A stretch of DNA of 64,000 bases from Acidimicrobiia bacterium (GTDB taxonomy: Bacteria; Actinomycetota; Acidimicrobiia; Acidimicrobiales; SHLQ01): NCBI GenBank assembly GCA_033344795.1, contig JAWPMS010000001.1:1158992-1222991 (forward strand), in the 5' to 3' direction. A program made the position numbers and the translations under genes. Shown piece by piece: positions 48,862-58,091 of this stretch. The notes beneath the pieces were generated by a model. The model was not told where the DNA came from. It did not search any database and saw nothing but the letters and a program-made list of their open reading frames with translations. The stretch's first letter is position 1. Each line of letters starts with the position of its first letter.

Positions 48862-49005
48862 GACGAGAGCCAGTCGAACACAAACGCCAAAGTTGCTCTG
48901 GGTGAAAATTTGCCCAACTATCATTTTTGGTTGGTGAACAATCGAAAAGTCGCTCTTAGGGTGAGCACGCCCGGTTGGAGAACCGCCGTCTCCGGCTCGG
49001 GAAGT

Positions 49006-49047
49006 CCCCGGTCGCGTTCCGCCATGCGGCCGGGGGCGTTAATTTTT
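49006..49047 (+). terminator. Hairpin between convergent ribA and ior
   Basis: CCCCGGTCGC-(10 nt)-GCGGCCGGGG (one G-U pair) followed by GCGTTAATTTTTGC; the T-run overlaps the ior stop codon. Confidence 0.45.
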
Positions 49048-52000
49048 GCTGTCACCCAAAAGTGCGTCGACCCGAGACAAGAATTGCGTCTGGTACTCCT
49101 TCGCACGACTCCATTTCAGCGCTTCGAAGCCGCGCACGTGATCCGGTAGTTCAGCCAAGCCAATCACCGCGTCAACCTCGACCGGTCGGCTCGACGCAAG
49201 CGCGTCGCACATGGCCTCGATGCCACCCTCGTACTCGTCGATCAGGACTCGCTCCAACCTCCGCAAGGGAGCGCGGCCGAATGGATCGAACCTCGTACCA
49301 CGAAGACCCTTGGATCTTGCAAGGGCAACGAACATCGGCCGCGACGTTGACCCGAATCGCAGCTTGCGATCGAGTCCGAGTGCCGAGAGTGCAGGCGGAT
49401 GAAGATGCCACTTCACCGTCGATTCGTTTGCACCCGTTATGCGTTTTGCCGCTTGCATTCCGTCGGGGCGCAGCATCAACCGAGCCACCTCGTACTCATC
49501 CTTGTAGGTCAGCAACTTGTGAAACCCGCGCGCCACCGCCATCGCCAATCCAATGCCGCCCACCGTGAAGGCGCGCTCGACGAGACGGACGAGACGCTCT
49601 CCCTGCGCGACGTCTTGATGCGCAACCGCATCACCGGTGAGCATCTCCAACTCGAGTCGCTCGCTGGACGGAAGCTCGAGATGCGCAATCGCCGTCCTCA
49701 GGTTCTCCGGAATCGGATCCCGGTCGACCGAGGGCATCTCGCTCACCTCCAGAAGCGCGTAGACATCGTCGCGTGCGTGCCACAATCGACGACCCCACTC
49801 GAGTGCCAATTCGTTGGCCTCGACAGCCACTCCGTTCAGCTCGATCGCTTGCCGTACAGCATCCAGTTCGAGCGGGATTGCGCCCGACTGGAGCGCAGCT
49901 CCGAGAAGCAACATGTTGGCCGTCGCCGGCGTTCCCGTCAGTCCGTCAGCGAGAGCGGTCGCACCGATCGTGAATGGCGGCTGGCCCGTCTCCGCAGTGA
50001 AGCGATCCGAGAGCACGTTGTCCGCTGGGGTCTCGATCGTTGGATTGGTGACCTGGCGTCCCGTGGGGGTTCCGGTGCTCGAGGCGAAGACCTGCGTTCC
50101 AGCTCGCATACCCGCTAGGGCACTGCCGCTGACGCCCACGAGTCGATCGAATGCCAAGGCGACGTCGATCTGACGTTCGCCAGGCGCGTTCGTTCGATTT
50201 TTCCTTGCTGCCTCGGTCGACTGTGTGACGATCGTGAGATCGCTGATGACGGGACCGGCCTTCTGGGAAAGGCCGGTCTGGTCGAGGCCAAGAGCGGTGA
50301 AGCCCGAGATCGTGGCCGCAGTGCCTATCACCTGGGCCACCGTCACGACCCCGGTGCCGCCGATACCCGCGAGTCGCAACACCGTCGTCTCGATGGTCGG
50401 ATCGGGCTCCGGTACAGAAATGATCGTCGGGTCGGGCAACGCGCTGCCGGCGATCGAACCGACCGCATCGTCCTCCACATCGACGGTCATGAAGGCTGGG
50501 CAATCACCCTGCAGGCATGAGAGGTCGAGATTGCAACTGGCCTGATCAATCGTGGTCTTTCGGCCAAGTGGTGTTTCGACCGGCTGCACCGACAAACAAC
50601 TGCTCACATCGCCACAATCACCGCAGCCCTCACATATCCGGTGGTTGATCACCACCCGAGTCTTGGGCGTATCGAGCGTCTTGCGCTTTCTTGCGCGACG
50701 AACCTCCGCCGCACAGTCCTGGTCATGTATGAGCACGGTGACGCCCGGAATGATCGCCAATTCTCGTTGCACTTCGAGAATCTTGGTCCGGTCGTGGACG
50801 GTCACTCCGCCTGGCAGCGAGACTCGACGATACGAATCCACGTCGTCGGTGGTGATCGAGACCTTCTTGACGCCGTGCTCGAGCAGAATCGACGCCAATG
50901 ACGCTGGTTGGACCCGGTGAGAGGTTTCCTGCCCACCGGTCATCGCCACGGTGTGGTTGTACAAGATCTTGAATGTGACGTTCGCACCAGCCCCAATGGC
51001 GGCTTGGACAGCGAGTTGCCCGGAGTGAAAGTACGTGCCGTCGCCGAAGTTCTGAAAGACGTGTGTGGTGTCGACGAAACGTTCCATGCCCAGCCACTGC
51101 GCACCTTCATTGCCCATGGCGGTGATGCCGATGCTGTCGCCGACTCGCTCCTCATCCATCAAGAGCGTCATTCCGTGGCATCCAGTTCCCATACCGACCA
51201 CGCTCCCTTCTGGCACCTTCGTCCCCCAGTTGTGGGGGCAGCCCGAACAAAAGAACGGCGCTCGTTGCACCGCCAGTGGGATACGGGTTGGCTTCTTCGG
51301 TGGTTCGGGGGCGAGGCGATCGCCGAGCCTTTTCTCGAGCCGAGAGCGCAGCGCTTGAATGATGTGATCAGCGTCGAGACGACCGTATGACTGCAGCAAC
51401 TGCACGCCCTCGTTGTCGGTCTTGCCAACGACCCGTGGTCGCATCGACGTCGGGTACAGGGCATCTCGAACCAAACGTTCGAGCGTTGGATTCTTCTCTT
51501 CAATGACGAAGATCTCTTCGAGACCATTGGCGAAGTGCACGATCGACTGGGTATCGAACGGAATCGGCATGCGCAGATTGAGCAACCGAATCCCAGCTCG
51601 AGAGATGTCATCCAGGGACGAAAGCCCCAAACGACGCAGCGCTTCGCGCACTTCACCAAACGTGAAGCCCGTCGCCACTATCCCAATCCATGCATCCGAG
51701 GGGTTCGACGGGGTCTGGTTGAGTTTGTTCTCAACCCCGTACCGAAGGGCGAGTGCACTACGAATCTCATGGAACTCTCGTTCAACTTCGACCATCCTTG
51801 GCCCAAGAAATTGCGCCGACGGCTTCGAACGCCAGACCTGGCCTTCGACGATCTGTTGCGGGATCACCGGCTCTGCGTGAAGTACGGGAAGGTGGACGGT
51901 TGCGGTCCCATCAGCCACGGCTGTGACGACCTTCAGCGCAGACCACAGACCGGTGGCACGTGACATTGCAATGCCGTGGAGTCCTAGCTCCAAACACTCC

Positions 52001-52554
52001 GCCGGGTCTCTCGGATACAGAATCGGCATGTGTAGATCCACCAGGGCGGCGTCCGACGACGATGGCATGGTCGATGACTTCGCAGACGGATCGTCGCCAA
52101 CCAGCGCCAGCGCTCCTCCAAGGGCGCTCGATCCGGCAAACACACCATGTCGCAACGCGTCAGTCGCGCGATCGAGACCCGGCGCCTTGCCGTACCAAAT
52201 GCCGACGATTCCGTCGTACTGCACGTCCGGCCGCTCCGCGGCCAGCTGTGAACCCATCACCGCACTCGCGCCCAGCTCCTCGTTCACGGCGGGAAGATGC
52301 TCGATAGCGAACTCGCCCCCCATCGTCTTCAACATTCTCGCCATCTCGAGATCGAATCCCCCGAGTGGAGAACCGGGATATCCCGAGACGAAGGCCGCCG
52401 TGTTGAGCCCGACGGCGCGGTCCCGTCGCAACTGTTCGCTGGGGATTCTCGCCAGCGCCTGAACACCTGACAGGAACACCGAGCCTTCGGCCGCCAAGTA
52501 CCGATCACTCAGTGAGTACTCACGTGATACATCTGACGTACGATTTATACCCAT
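49039..52554 (-). CDS. Indolepyruvate ferredoxin oxidoreductase family protein (fused alpha/beta)
   Basis: 1171 aa; YSLSDRYLAAEGSVFLSGVQALAR N-terminus, TPP-binding region, CxxCxxCxxxC ferredoxin-type clusters. Confidence 0.92.
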   Translation of the reverse strand: MGINRTSDVSREYSLSDRYLAAEGSVFLSGVQALARIPSEQLRRDRAVGLNTAAFVSGYPGSPLGGFDLEMARMLKTMGGEFAIEHLPAVNEELGASAVMGSQLAAERPDVQYDGIVGIWYGKAPGLDRATDALRHGVFAGSSALGGALALVGDDPSAKSSTMPSSSDAALVDLHMPILYPRDPAECLELGLHGIAMSRATGLWSALKVVTAVADGTATVHLPVLHAEPVIPQQIVEGQVWRSKPSAQFLGPRMVEVEREFHEIRSALALRYGVENKLNQTPSNPSDAWIGIVATGFTFGEVREALRRLGLSSLDDISRAGIRLLNLRMPIPFDTQSIVHFANGLEEIFVIEEKNPTLERLVRDALYPTSMRPRVVGKTDNEGVQLLQSYGRLDADHIIQALRSRLEKRLGDRLAPEPPKKPTRIPLAVQRAPFFCSGCPHNWGTKVPEGSVVGMGTGCHGMTLLMDEERVGDSIGITAMGNEGAQWLGMERFVDTTHVFQNFGDGTYFHSGQLAVQAAIGAGANVTFKILYNHTVAMTGGQETSHRVQPASLASILLEHGVKKVSITTDDVDSYRRVSLPGGVTVHDRTKILEVQRELAIIPGVTVLIHDQDCAAEVRRARKRKTLDTPKTRVVINHRICEGCGDCGDVSSCLSVQPVETPLGRKTTIDQASCNLDLSCLQGDCPAFMTVDVEDDAVGSIAGSALPDPTIISVPEPDPTIETTVLRLAGIGGTGVVTVAQVIGTAATISGFTALGLDQTGLSQKAGPVISDLTIVTQSTEAARKNRTNAPGERQIDVALAFDRLVGVSGSALAGMRAGTQVFASSTGTPTGRQVTNPTIETPADNVLSDRFTAETGQPPFTIGATALADGLTGTPATANMLLLGAALQSGAIPLELDAVRQAIELNGVAVEANELALEWGRRLWHARDDVYALLEVSEMPSVDRDPIPENLRTAIAHLELPSSERLELEMLTGDAVAHQDVAQGERLVRLVERAFTVGGIGLAMAVARGFHKLLTYKDEYEVARLMLRPDGMQAAKRITGANESTVKWHLHPPALSALGLDRKLRFGSTSRPMFVALARSKGLRGTRFDPFGRAPLRRLERVLIDEYEGGIEAMCDALASSRPVEVDAVIGLAELPDHVRGFEALKWSRAKEYQTQFLSRVDALLGDSKN

Positions 52555-52610
52555 TCACGTATCATAATGACGTCCCGCCAGGGCGTGAAGAGCAACTCTG
52601 TCGCTCGTCG

Positions 52611-52835
52611 TCAACCAGACAGGAGCGTCGCAAGCGCCCATACGGTCATGATCAAGCCGATGCCGATGAACACCAACGTGCGAACGAGCGGTGGGCGCTC
52701 GAGGTCATTCTCGTCGAGATCGGGTGGCGGCTTCACAAGCGCAAAGCCGGGCCCGAGAACGAGTGCAGCGCCAAAGGCCAATGCCAGAAGAGGCAGGAAG
52801 TTGTCTCCAAGGAGCTCGACTTGGGCAAGCAGCAC
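52611..52835 (-). CDS. Small two-TM membrane protein
   Basis: 74 aa; GTG start with GAGAGGGA SD 4-5 nt upstream; two hydrophobic helices. Confidence 0.5.
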   Translation of the reverse strand: MLLAQVELLGDNFLPLLALAFGAALVLGPGFALVKPPPDLDENDLERPPLVRTLVFIGIGLIMTVWALATLLSG

Positions 52836-53111
52836 AATTCCCTCTCAAGATGTTCGAGATCGGTCCCGATGCTACTTGTGTCTGGTGATTCGCCCTCGCT
52901 GGACACGCAGTGGGATTCAGGGTGGGAGTCACGACTCCCTCCACGCATCACGCCAGAACTTCGGTCCTGGTCCGTGGCTTCCGCCCTCCCACGTTCCGAT
53001 CACACCTCGACACTTCCGGTCGAGATCCGGCGAAGCCGAGTTGGTCGCTCCGCGAGCTCCCGTGCGCGCTGGCAGCTCCTCGTGCGCATAGACACACATG
53101 TGACGACCGAC

Positions 53112-53157
53112 ACAAGGGGTCTGACCCCTTTTTAGAAAAAGGGGTCAGACCCCTTGT
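53112..53157. terminator. Perfect 22+22 bp palindrome forming two convergent terminator-like units (GGGGTCTGACCCC + T5 on each strand)
   Basis: ACAAGGGGTCTGACCCCTTTTT-AG-AAAAAGGGGTCAGACCCCTTGT seen directly; 350 nt downstream of the dnaB stop. Confidence 0.6.
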
Positions 53158-53377
53158 TAGCTCGTGGGCTAGTGCCTACGCGGCAGCGGAGCTGGACTCA
53201 GCTGAACGCGTGAGCCTGTATGCGCACAGTCACCCGCCAGCACCGGACTGAGGAGGGACGACGAACGGCTGGCGGCCTCAAGGAATCCGCAGGATTCCCG
53301 CAGTCCGCAGAGCACACCGAGCCGAAGGCGAATGTGCGATTGCCGGGAGCGAAGCGGGAAACAGGGACCAGCGACCA

Positions 53378-53457
53378 GGCACGGCCTCCGGCAGGGCTCT
53401 TGTAACGAGCTAGTTCGAAGCTGCGGAGCCGGTTCGAGCGGGCACGGCCTCCGGCAG
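53378..53457. repeat. 17-bp direct repeat GGCACGGCCTCCGGCAG x2 (63-bp period)
   Basis: Copies at 53378..53394 and 53441..53457, verified against the ORF-track frames. Confidence 0.85.
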
Positions 53458-53503
53458 TCCACCGAGCATCGAGGAGCCGACAGGCGACGGATTGCGACCG
53501 CGG

Positions 53504-54925
53504 CTACAACCCAGGGTTTCTCGCCATGTTCGCGAAGCGGGTGTATTGGGGCAGGAAGGCCAGCCGGATGGTGTCGGTTGGGCCGTTTCGATGTTTTGCG
53601 ATGATGACTTCGGCGATGCCCGCGTCCGGGCTCTCCGCGTTGTACACCTCGTCGCGATACAGGAACATCACCACGTCGGCATCCTGCTCGATGGCCCCAG
53701 ACTCTCGCAGGTCGGACAACATTGGTCGTTTGTCCTGGCGAGACTCGAGCGTTCGTGACAGCTGCGACAAACCAACGACGGGCACTTCGAGCTCACGGGC
53801 CAGGATCTTGAGATTTCGAGAGATCTCCGAAATCTCGACCTGGCGACTCTCCGCTCCCGACCGACCGGTCATCAGCTGGATGTAGTCGACGACGATGAGC
53901 CCCAAGTCGCCCACCTGAGATTTCAGACGCCGCGCACGGCCACGAATGTCCATCACCGTCAGGCCCGGATTGTCATCGATCCAGATGGGGGCCTCCGAGA
54001 GGCGTCCGACACCGGAACTGATCTTGGTCCAGTCGCTTTCGTCGAGCTTGCCGTCGCGCATCTTCATGGCGTCGACACGCGATTCTGAACACAACATGCG
54101 CTGTGACAGTTCGAGCTGGCCCATCTCGAGCGAGAAGACGAGCGTGGGCTTGTTCGCCTCGATCGCCGCGTGCGCTGCGAGGTTCAACGCAAAACTCGTC
54201 TTGCCCATGGCAGGTCGCGCACCGACGACGATCAACGCGTTTGGTTGCAGGCCGGACAAAAGTTCATCGAGATCGACGAAGCCCGTTGGTGTACCGGTGA
54301 TTCCCTCGCCGCGCTCATAGAGCATCTCGAGTCGATCGAGGCTCTGCTCGATCAACGAACGCATGTCGGCCATCGTGTCGGACGCACGACCCTGGGCCAC
54401 TTCGAACACCAGGTGTTCAGCTTGATCGACAGCCTTGACGACATCTTCGGGTCGGTCGTAGGCAATCTCGGCAATCTCGTTGCCTACGCTGATCAGACGA
54501 CGAAGAAGAGCGTTCTCGCGAACGATCTCGGCGTACTTCTTCGCTCCCGTGATCGCCGGTGCCTGTGCCTGCAGATCCATGAGGGTCGAAGATCCGCCCA
54601 TGCCTTCGAGCAAACCGCTGCGGTCGAGCAGATCTGACACGGTGACGACGTCGGCCTCATCGCCGGCGCCATACAACGTGGTGATGGCCTCGAAGATGTG
54701 TTGATGTGCCGGTCGGTAGAAATGTGCGGGCTCGACAACCTCGAGGGCGCTCGCGATTGCATCGCGCGACAAGAGCAGGACACCGATGAGCGATTGCTCC
54801 ACCTGGATGTTGTGCGGCGGCGTGCGACCGGTCTTTGCTTCGATGACCCGAGCAGGTCCATCGTCGAAGTCTTCATACGGAGGCGCGTCTGCGTAGGCGT
54901 CAGCCATCAGTTGACGGCCAATCAA
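53504..54925 (-). CDS. dnaB: Replicative DNA helicase DnaB
   Basis: 473 aa; PPHNIQVEQSLIGVLL, Walker A GARPAMGKTSFAL, IVVDYIQLM; no intein; TTG start 54925 or ATG 54907. Confidence 0.95.
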   Translation of the reverse strand: MIGRQLMADAYADAPPYEDFDDGPARVIEAKTGRTPPHNIQVEQSLIGVLLLSRDAIASALEVVEPAHFYRPAHQHIFEAITTLYGAGDEADVVTVSDLLDRSGLLEGMGGSSTLMDLQAQAPAITGAKKYAEIVRENALLRRLISVGNEIAEIAYDRPEDVVKAVDQAEHLVFEVAQGRASDTMADMRSLIEQSLDRLEMLYERGEGITGTPTGFVDLDELLSGLQPNALIVVGARPAMGKTSFALNLAAHAAIEANKPTLVFSLEMGQLELSQRMLCSESRVDAMKMRDGKLDESDWTKISSGVGRLSEAPIWIDDNPGLTVMDIRGRARRLKSQVGDLGLIVVDYIQLMTGRSGAESRQVEISEISRNLKILARELEVPVVGLSQLSRTLESRQDKRPMLSDLRESGAIEQDADVVMFLYRDEVYNAESPDAGIAEVIIAKHRNGPTDTIRLAFLPQYTRFANMARNPGL

Positions 54926-54943
54926 TCGAATCCCGACCGAACA

Positions 54944-55858
54944 TCAGTGAGGAGAACTGCACGTCCTCATCGTGACGATGGGGTGTGACAGTGGCACGGC
55001 AGGTCTCGATCGAGACGCTGGCGACCGGTTCTTCGGGAGTCGTTGGCACACCGTCAAGGGTGCCAGGGAATGGTTGTGAGGAACCAGTGGGTAACTGGGG
55101 GAAATCGCGCGGTTTCGCGAGGTTTGTGCTGTGGATGAGCTGTGGACAAGTGCCATGTTGTCCCCAGCTTTCGCACGGGACTGGTGATAAGCGGATGCGC
55201 CGGCTAGCGCAACGACGGCAAAGAGTGAGCCGACGATCGCATCGAGCAAGAAATGATGACCGGTGATGACCACGACGACGACCGTCAGGGCTGGATGCAC
55301 GATGCCGACGAGCCTCACAACAGGCGTGTTCGCCGAACGCCAGAGAGCCCACCCAGCCACCAGAGCCCATGCGACGTGCATCGAGGGCATGGCGGCGAAC
55401 TGATTCGCGGCACCACTACCGGGAATGGCATATGGATTCGGCCCATACATCGTGGAGGCATCAATGATGTCGTCGAGCATGCGGGGTGGTGCGAGGGGAA
55501 ACACCAGGTGCACGACCAGTCCGAGAAAGGTCATCACGACCAAACCGTCGCGTACGACAGGAAAGATCGTCGCTCGATGACGGACGAACATGGCGATCAA
55601 CAAGATGACGGTGACGGGAAAGTGCAACAGGTAGTACGAGTTGGCCAACGTGCCCACCGCCTCACCGAGCAGAGCCTCTTGCATACTTGCTTCGATGCCG
55701 ATCCCGAGCGCACCTTGGAGTGAATCCACCATCTCCGCATTGGCACGGGCAACGTCGACCGACCCGGTCGTGAGCAGGCGAACGACCGAGTATCCCGCCC
55801 ACGCAGTGGACAGAATTGCGACGCTCTTGGCGACCTCTCGAAACAGCTCCTTGTTCAC
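54944..55858 (-). CDS. PAP2-superfamily membrane protein
   Basis: 304 aa; AAMPSMHVAWAL and ITGHHFLLDAIVG motifs; the last ~90 aa are low-complexity and may not be genuine. Confidence 0.65.
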   Translation of the reverse strand: MNKELFREVAKSVAILSTAWAGYSVVRLLTTGSVDVARANAEMVDSLQGALGIGIEASMQEALLGEAVGTLANSYYLLHFPVTVILLIAMFVRHRATIFPVVRDGLVVMTFLGLVVHLVFPLAPPRMLDDIIDASTMYGPNPYAIPGSGAANQFAAMPSMHVAWALVAGWALWRSANTPVVRLVGIVHPALTVVVVVITGHHFLLDAIVGSLFAVVALAGASAYHQSRAKAGDNMALVHSSSTAQTSRNRAISPSYPLVPHNHSLAPLTVCQRLPKNRSPASRSRPAVPLSHPIVTMRTCSSPH

Positions 55859-55964
55859 CTACTCAGCGTCGCAATCACCGAGGTCGGATACATCACCCAC
55901 AAGTGGGATTCACCCTCGTTCGAGAGGATGATCTACATCGGCGACAGCATCAGCCGAATGGACG

Positions 55965-56008
55965 GGTTGAAAACGGCAAAGGGCCGCACCGCGATGCGGT
56001 GCGGCCCT
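55965..56008 (-). terminator. Rho-independent terminator after rplI
   Basis: AGGGCCGCACCGC-GAT-GCGGTGCGGCCCT (13-bp perfect stem, 55980..56008), then UUGCCGUUUUC on the minus-strand RNA. Confidence 0.65.
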
Positions 56009-56022
56009 CAAAAATCGATTGC

Positions 56023-56478
56023 CTAGCTCTCGTCAGCGATGATTTCCACCGTGACGGGGAACTGCACCTGTGAGTGGATGCTGGTCATCACCATGTGCTG
56101 GCCAAGCTCCTTCAGTGCGTTGTCGAGCTTGAACGCCTTGCGGTCGATCACATGTCCGGTCTGCTCTTCGACAGCAGCCGAGATGTCCGCGGCGCCGACG
56201 GACCCAAAGAGGGTTCCACCTTCGGCGGTCTTGGCTGCGATGGTCACGACCTGAGGGACGAGTGCTGCCGCTACCTTGTCGGCCTCGGCCCTGCTGGCCT
56301 CGTTCTTTGCCGCACTGGACTTGCGCATTGCCTGGGCCTCGGCCTCGGCGCCCTTCGTGGCCTTGTATCCAAGTCCACGTGGAAGCAAATAGTTGCGGAA
56401 GTAGCCGTCGGCCACCGTAACCACGTCGCCGCGCGTTCCCAGTCCGCTCACGTCAGCTTTGAGAATGATGTCCATCAT
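56023..56478 (-). CDS. rplI: 50S ribosomal protein L9
   Basis: 151 aa; [34 protein letters not shown]. Confidence 0.93.
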   Translation of the reverse strand: MMDIILKADVSGLGTRGDVVTVADGYFRNYLLPRGLGYKATKGAEAEAQAMRKSSAAKNEASRAEADKVAAALVPQVVTIAAKTAEGGTLFGSVGAADISAAVEEQTGHVIDRKAFKLDNALKELGQHMVMTSIHSQVQFPVTVEIIADES

Positions 56479-56903
56479 GCCTCCTCGATCCCTGCGACCT
56501 CAGCAACCTCTGCGTCGATCGCATCGCCGACATCAAGGTCAAGATCGATGTCGAGATCTTCGGATTCGCTCGGTGCGTCTCCGCGGGGAGCATCGTCACG
56601 AGGACCGCGATCACGTCCGCGGTCGCGGTTGTTGCGCTGCGTCGTGACTCGAGTCGTGTACGGCAACAGCGCCATTTCACGGGCGTTCTTGATCGCACGT
56701 GCGACCTCAGCTTGTTGCTGGGTGTCGTTCCCAGTGACCCGACGTGCACGAACTTTCGAGCGGTCAGACACGAATCGCTTGAGCAGATTCACGTCCTTGT
56801 AGTCGATGTAGTCGATCTTGTCGGTCGTGAGTACGGACACCTTCTTCTTGGTGCGGCGTCCGTTGTCGCTCTTCTTCGAGCGTGGTGGTGGCTTCTTGGC
56901 CAT
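56475..56903 (-). CDS. rpsR: 30S ribosomal protein S18 with long acidic C-terminal extension
   Basis: ATG at 56903; [26 protein letters not shown]...REMALLPY core, plus about 55 extra residues. Confidence 0.9.
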   Translation of the reverse strand: MAKKPPPRSKKSDNGRRTKKKVSVLTTDKIDYIDYKDVNLLKRFVSDRSKVRARRVTGNDTQQQAEVARAIKNAREMALLPYTTRVTTQRNNRDRGRDRGPRDDAPRGDAPSESEDLDIDLDLDVGDAIDAEVAEVAGIEEA

Positions 56904-56935
56904 GAGTAATCGTTCGTCCTTGTTTGAGATGGGCC

Positions 56936-57412
56936 CTAGAAGGGCTCTTCGTTCATGTCGTACTGCGGCGCGGGCGCTGCGGCTGGTTGAGCTGGAGAGT
57001 TCTGGGCTGGTTGGTATTGACCACCGCCGCCTCCCTGGCCTTGTCCGCCGCCGTCGCCCTTGTATTCGTTGCGGGTGAGTTCCACCGTGGCCCACTTGAG
57101 GCTCGGAGCGACATCGTCGGCGACGATCTCAACTTTGCTTCGACGCTCGCCATCCTGGTTCTCCCAGGACCGCTGATCGAGACGACCATGTACGACGACA
57201 CGGGAGCCCTTGGTCAGCGAGTCGCTCACGTTTTCTGCAAGCTGACGCCAGCACGTGACATCGAAGTACGAGACCTTGTCCTCGGCTCCGTCGCGGCCCT
57301 TCAAGTTCCAGGCCACGCCGAAGTTCGCGACAGCCGCTCCACCAGGGGTGAAACGAAGTTCGGGATCTCGGGTGAGGTTTCCAACGATTGTGATGGTGTT
57401 GTCAAATGCCAT
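56936..57412 (-). CDS. ssb: Single-stranded DNA-binding protein
   Basis: 158 aa; OB-fold [19 protein letters not shown], Gly/Gln-rich linker, acidic tip MNEEPF. Confidence 0.93.
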   Translation of the reverse strand: MAFDNTITIVGNLTRDPELRFTPGGAAVANFGVAWNLKGRDGAEDKVSYFDVTCWRQLAENVSDSLTKGSRVVVHGRLDQRSWENQDGERRSKVEIVADDVAPSLKWATVELTRNEYKGDGGGQGQGGGGGQYQPAQNSPAQPAAAPAPQYDMNEEPF

Positions 57413-57433
57413 GGTGGTTCGCCTTTCCGGCTC

Positions 57434-57772
57434 TTATGCCGAAGCTGGGGCGCCCAGAAGGCCACGTCGGGTGGCTTCTCCTTCGGGCAACCGGATGATC
57501 TTGTGGCGAACGACATCGTCCGCGAGACGGAGAGCACGATCTTGGGTAGACAGATCCTTGCGCTCTGGAAGCAAGATCTCGAGCACCAGATAGGTGCCTT
57601 CGTTCTTGTGGTTGATCGGATAGGCGAAGCGACGCTTGCCCCAGTGATCGACCTTGGCGACCGAGCCACCGTCGGCTTCGACGGTCTCGGAGATCAGTGT
57701 CTTCAAATGACCCTGAACCGTTGCATCCGCAACGTCAGCATCAAAGATGACCATCAATTCATAGGCTCGCAT
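57434..57772 (-). CDS. rpsF: 30S ribosomal protein S6
   Basis: ATG at 57772 (GGGAGG SD); MRAYELMVIFDAD...WGKRRFAYPI. Confidence 0.9.
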   Translation of the reverse strand: MRAYELMVIFDADVADATVQGHLKTLISETVEADGGSVAKVDHWGKRRFAYPINHKNEGTYLVLEILLPERKDLSTQDRALRLADDVVRHKIIRLPEGEATRRGLLGAPASA

Positions 57773-57863
57773 ATGTGCAAGTACCTCCCTGTGGACTCGG
57801 CTTTCACCGAGGCCCCGGATTTCGGAGCAGGGCATCTGTTGTCAAACAAATCTGGCCTCGGTG
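57773..57863 (-). promoter_or_regulatory. Structured rpsF 5' leader candidate (10-bp perfect stem with competing downstream hairpin)
   Basis: Minus RNA CACCGAGGCC-(39 nt)-GGCCUCGGUG; CUCGG of the 3' arm can instead pair with CCGAG 6 nt downstream, just before the SD. Confidence 0.35.
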
Positions 57864-58091
57864 CGCACAAAGACGAACCGGACCAGCAGACAAGCCTACA
57901 AACGCCTAGACGCGAATCCGAATCGAAATTTGGATTCGCGAAAACAACCTTAGAGATGTGCTGTGACACCATCAGCTGAACGTCGCCCGTCTCACCACCG
58001 CACGTCAATCATCACGAGCAAAAGGTCCCGATCGGTAGGTTCTGATAGCTTCATGAGTTCATGCGGTCGCGGTGTGTGAGAAGCAGCGAAA

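Noticed and set aside
52512-52523. 12-bp perfect palindrome GTGAGTACTCAC inside the first codons of the ior gene, in an unusually AT-rich start region
   Set aside because: It lies within the coding sequence and upstream of the conserved LSDRY motif, so the start cannot be moved. A regulatory role is possible but unsupported.
53431-53439. T-loop-like GGTTCGAGC suggesting a tRNA
   Set aside because: The flanking bases do not form a T stem, and no acceptor or anticodon arms can be drawn.
52836-53503. RNase P RNA, tmRNA, SRP RNA or 6S RNA in the dnaB-downstream gap
   Set aside because: There is no GAGGAAAGTCCGG / ACAGAA P4-type motif, no tRNA-like GGGG...ACCA ends with a tag ORF, and no SRP GGAA/AGCA domain IV motif on either strand. 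A 6S-like role cannot be excluded but has no positive evidence.
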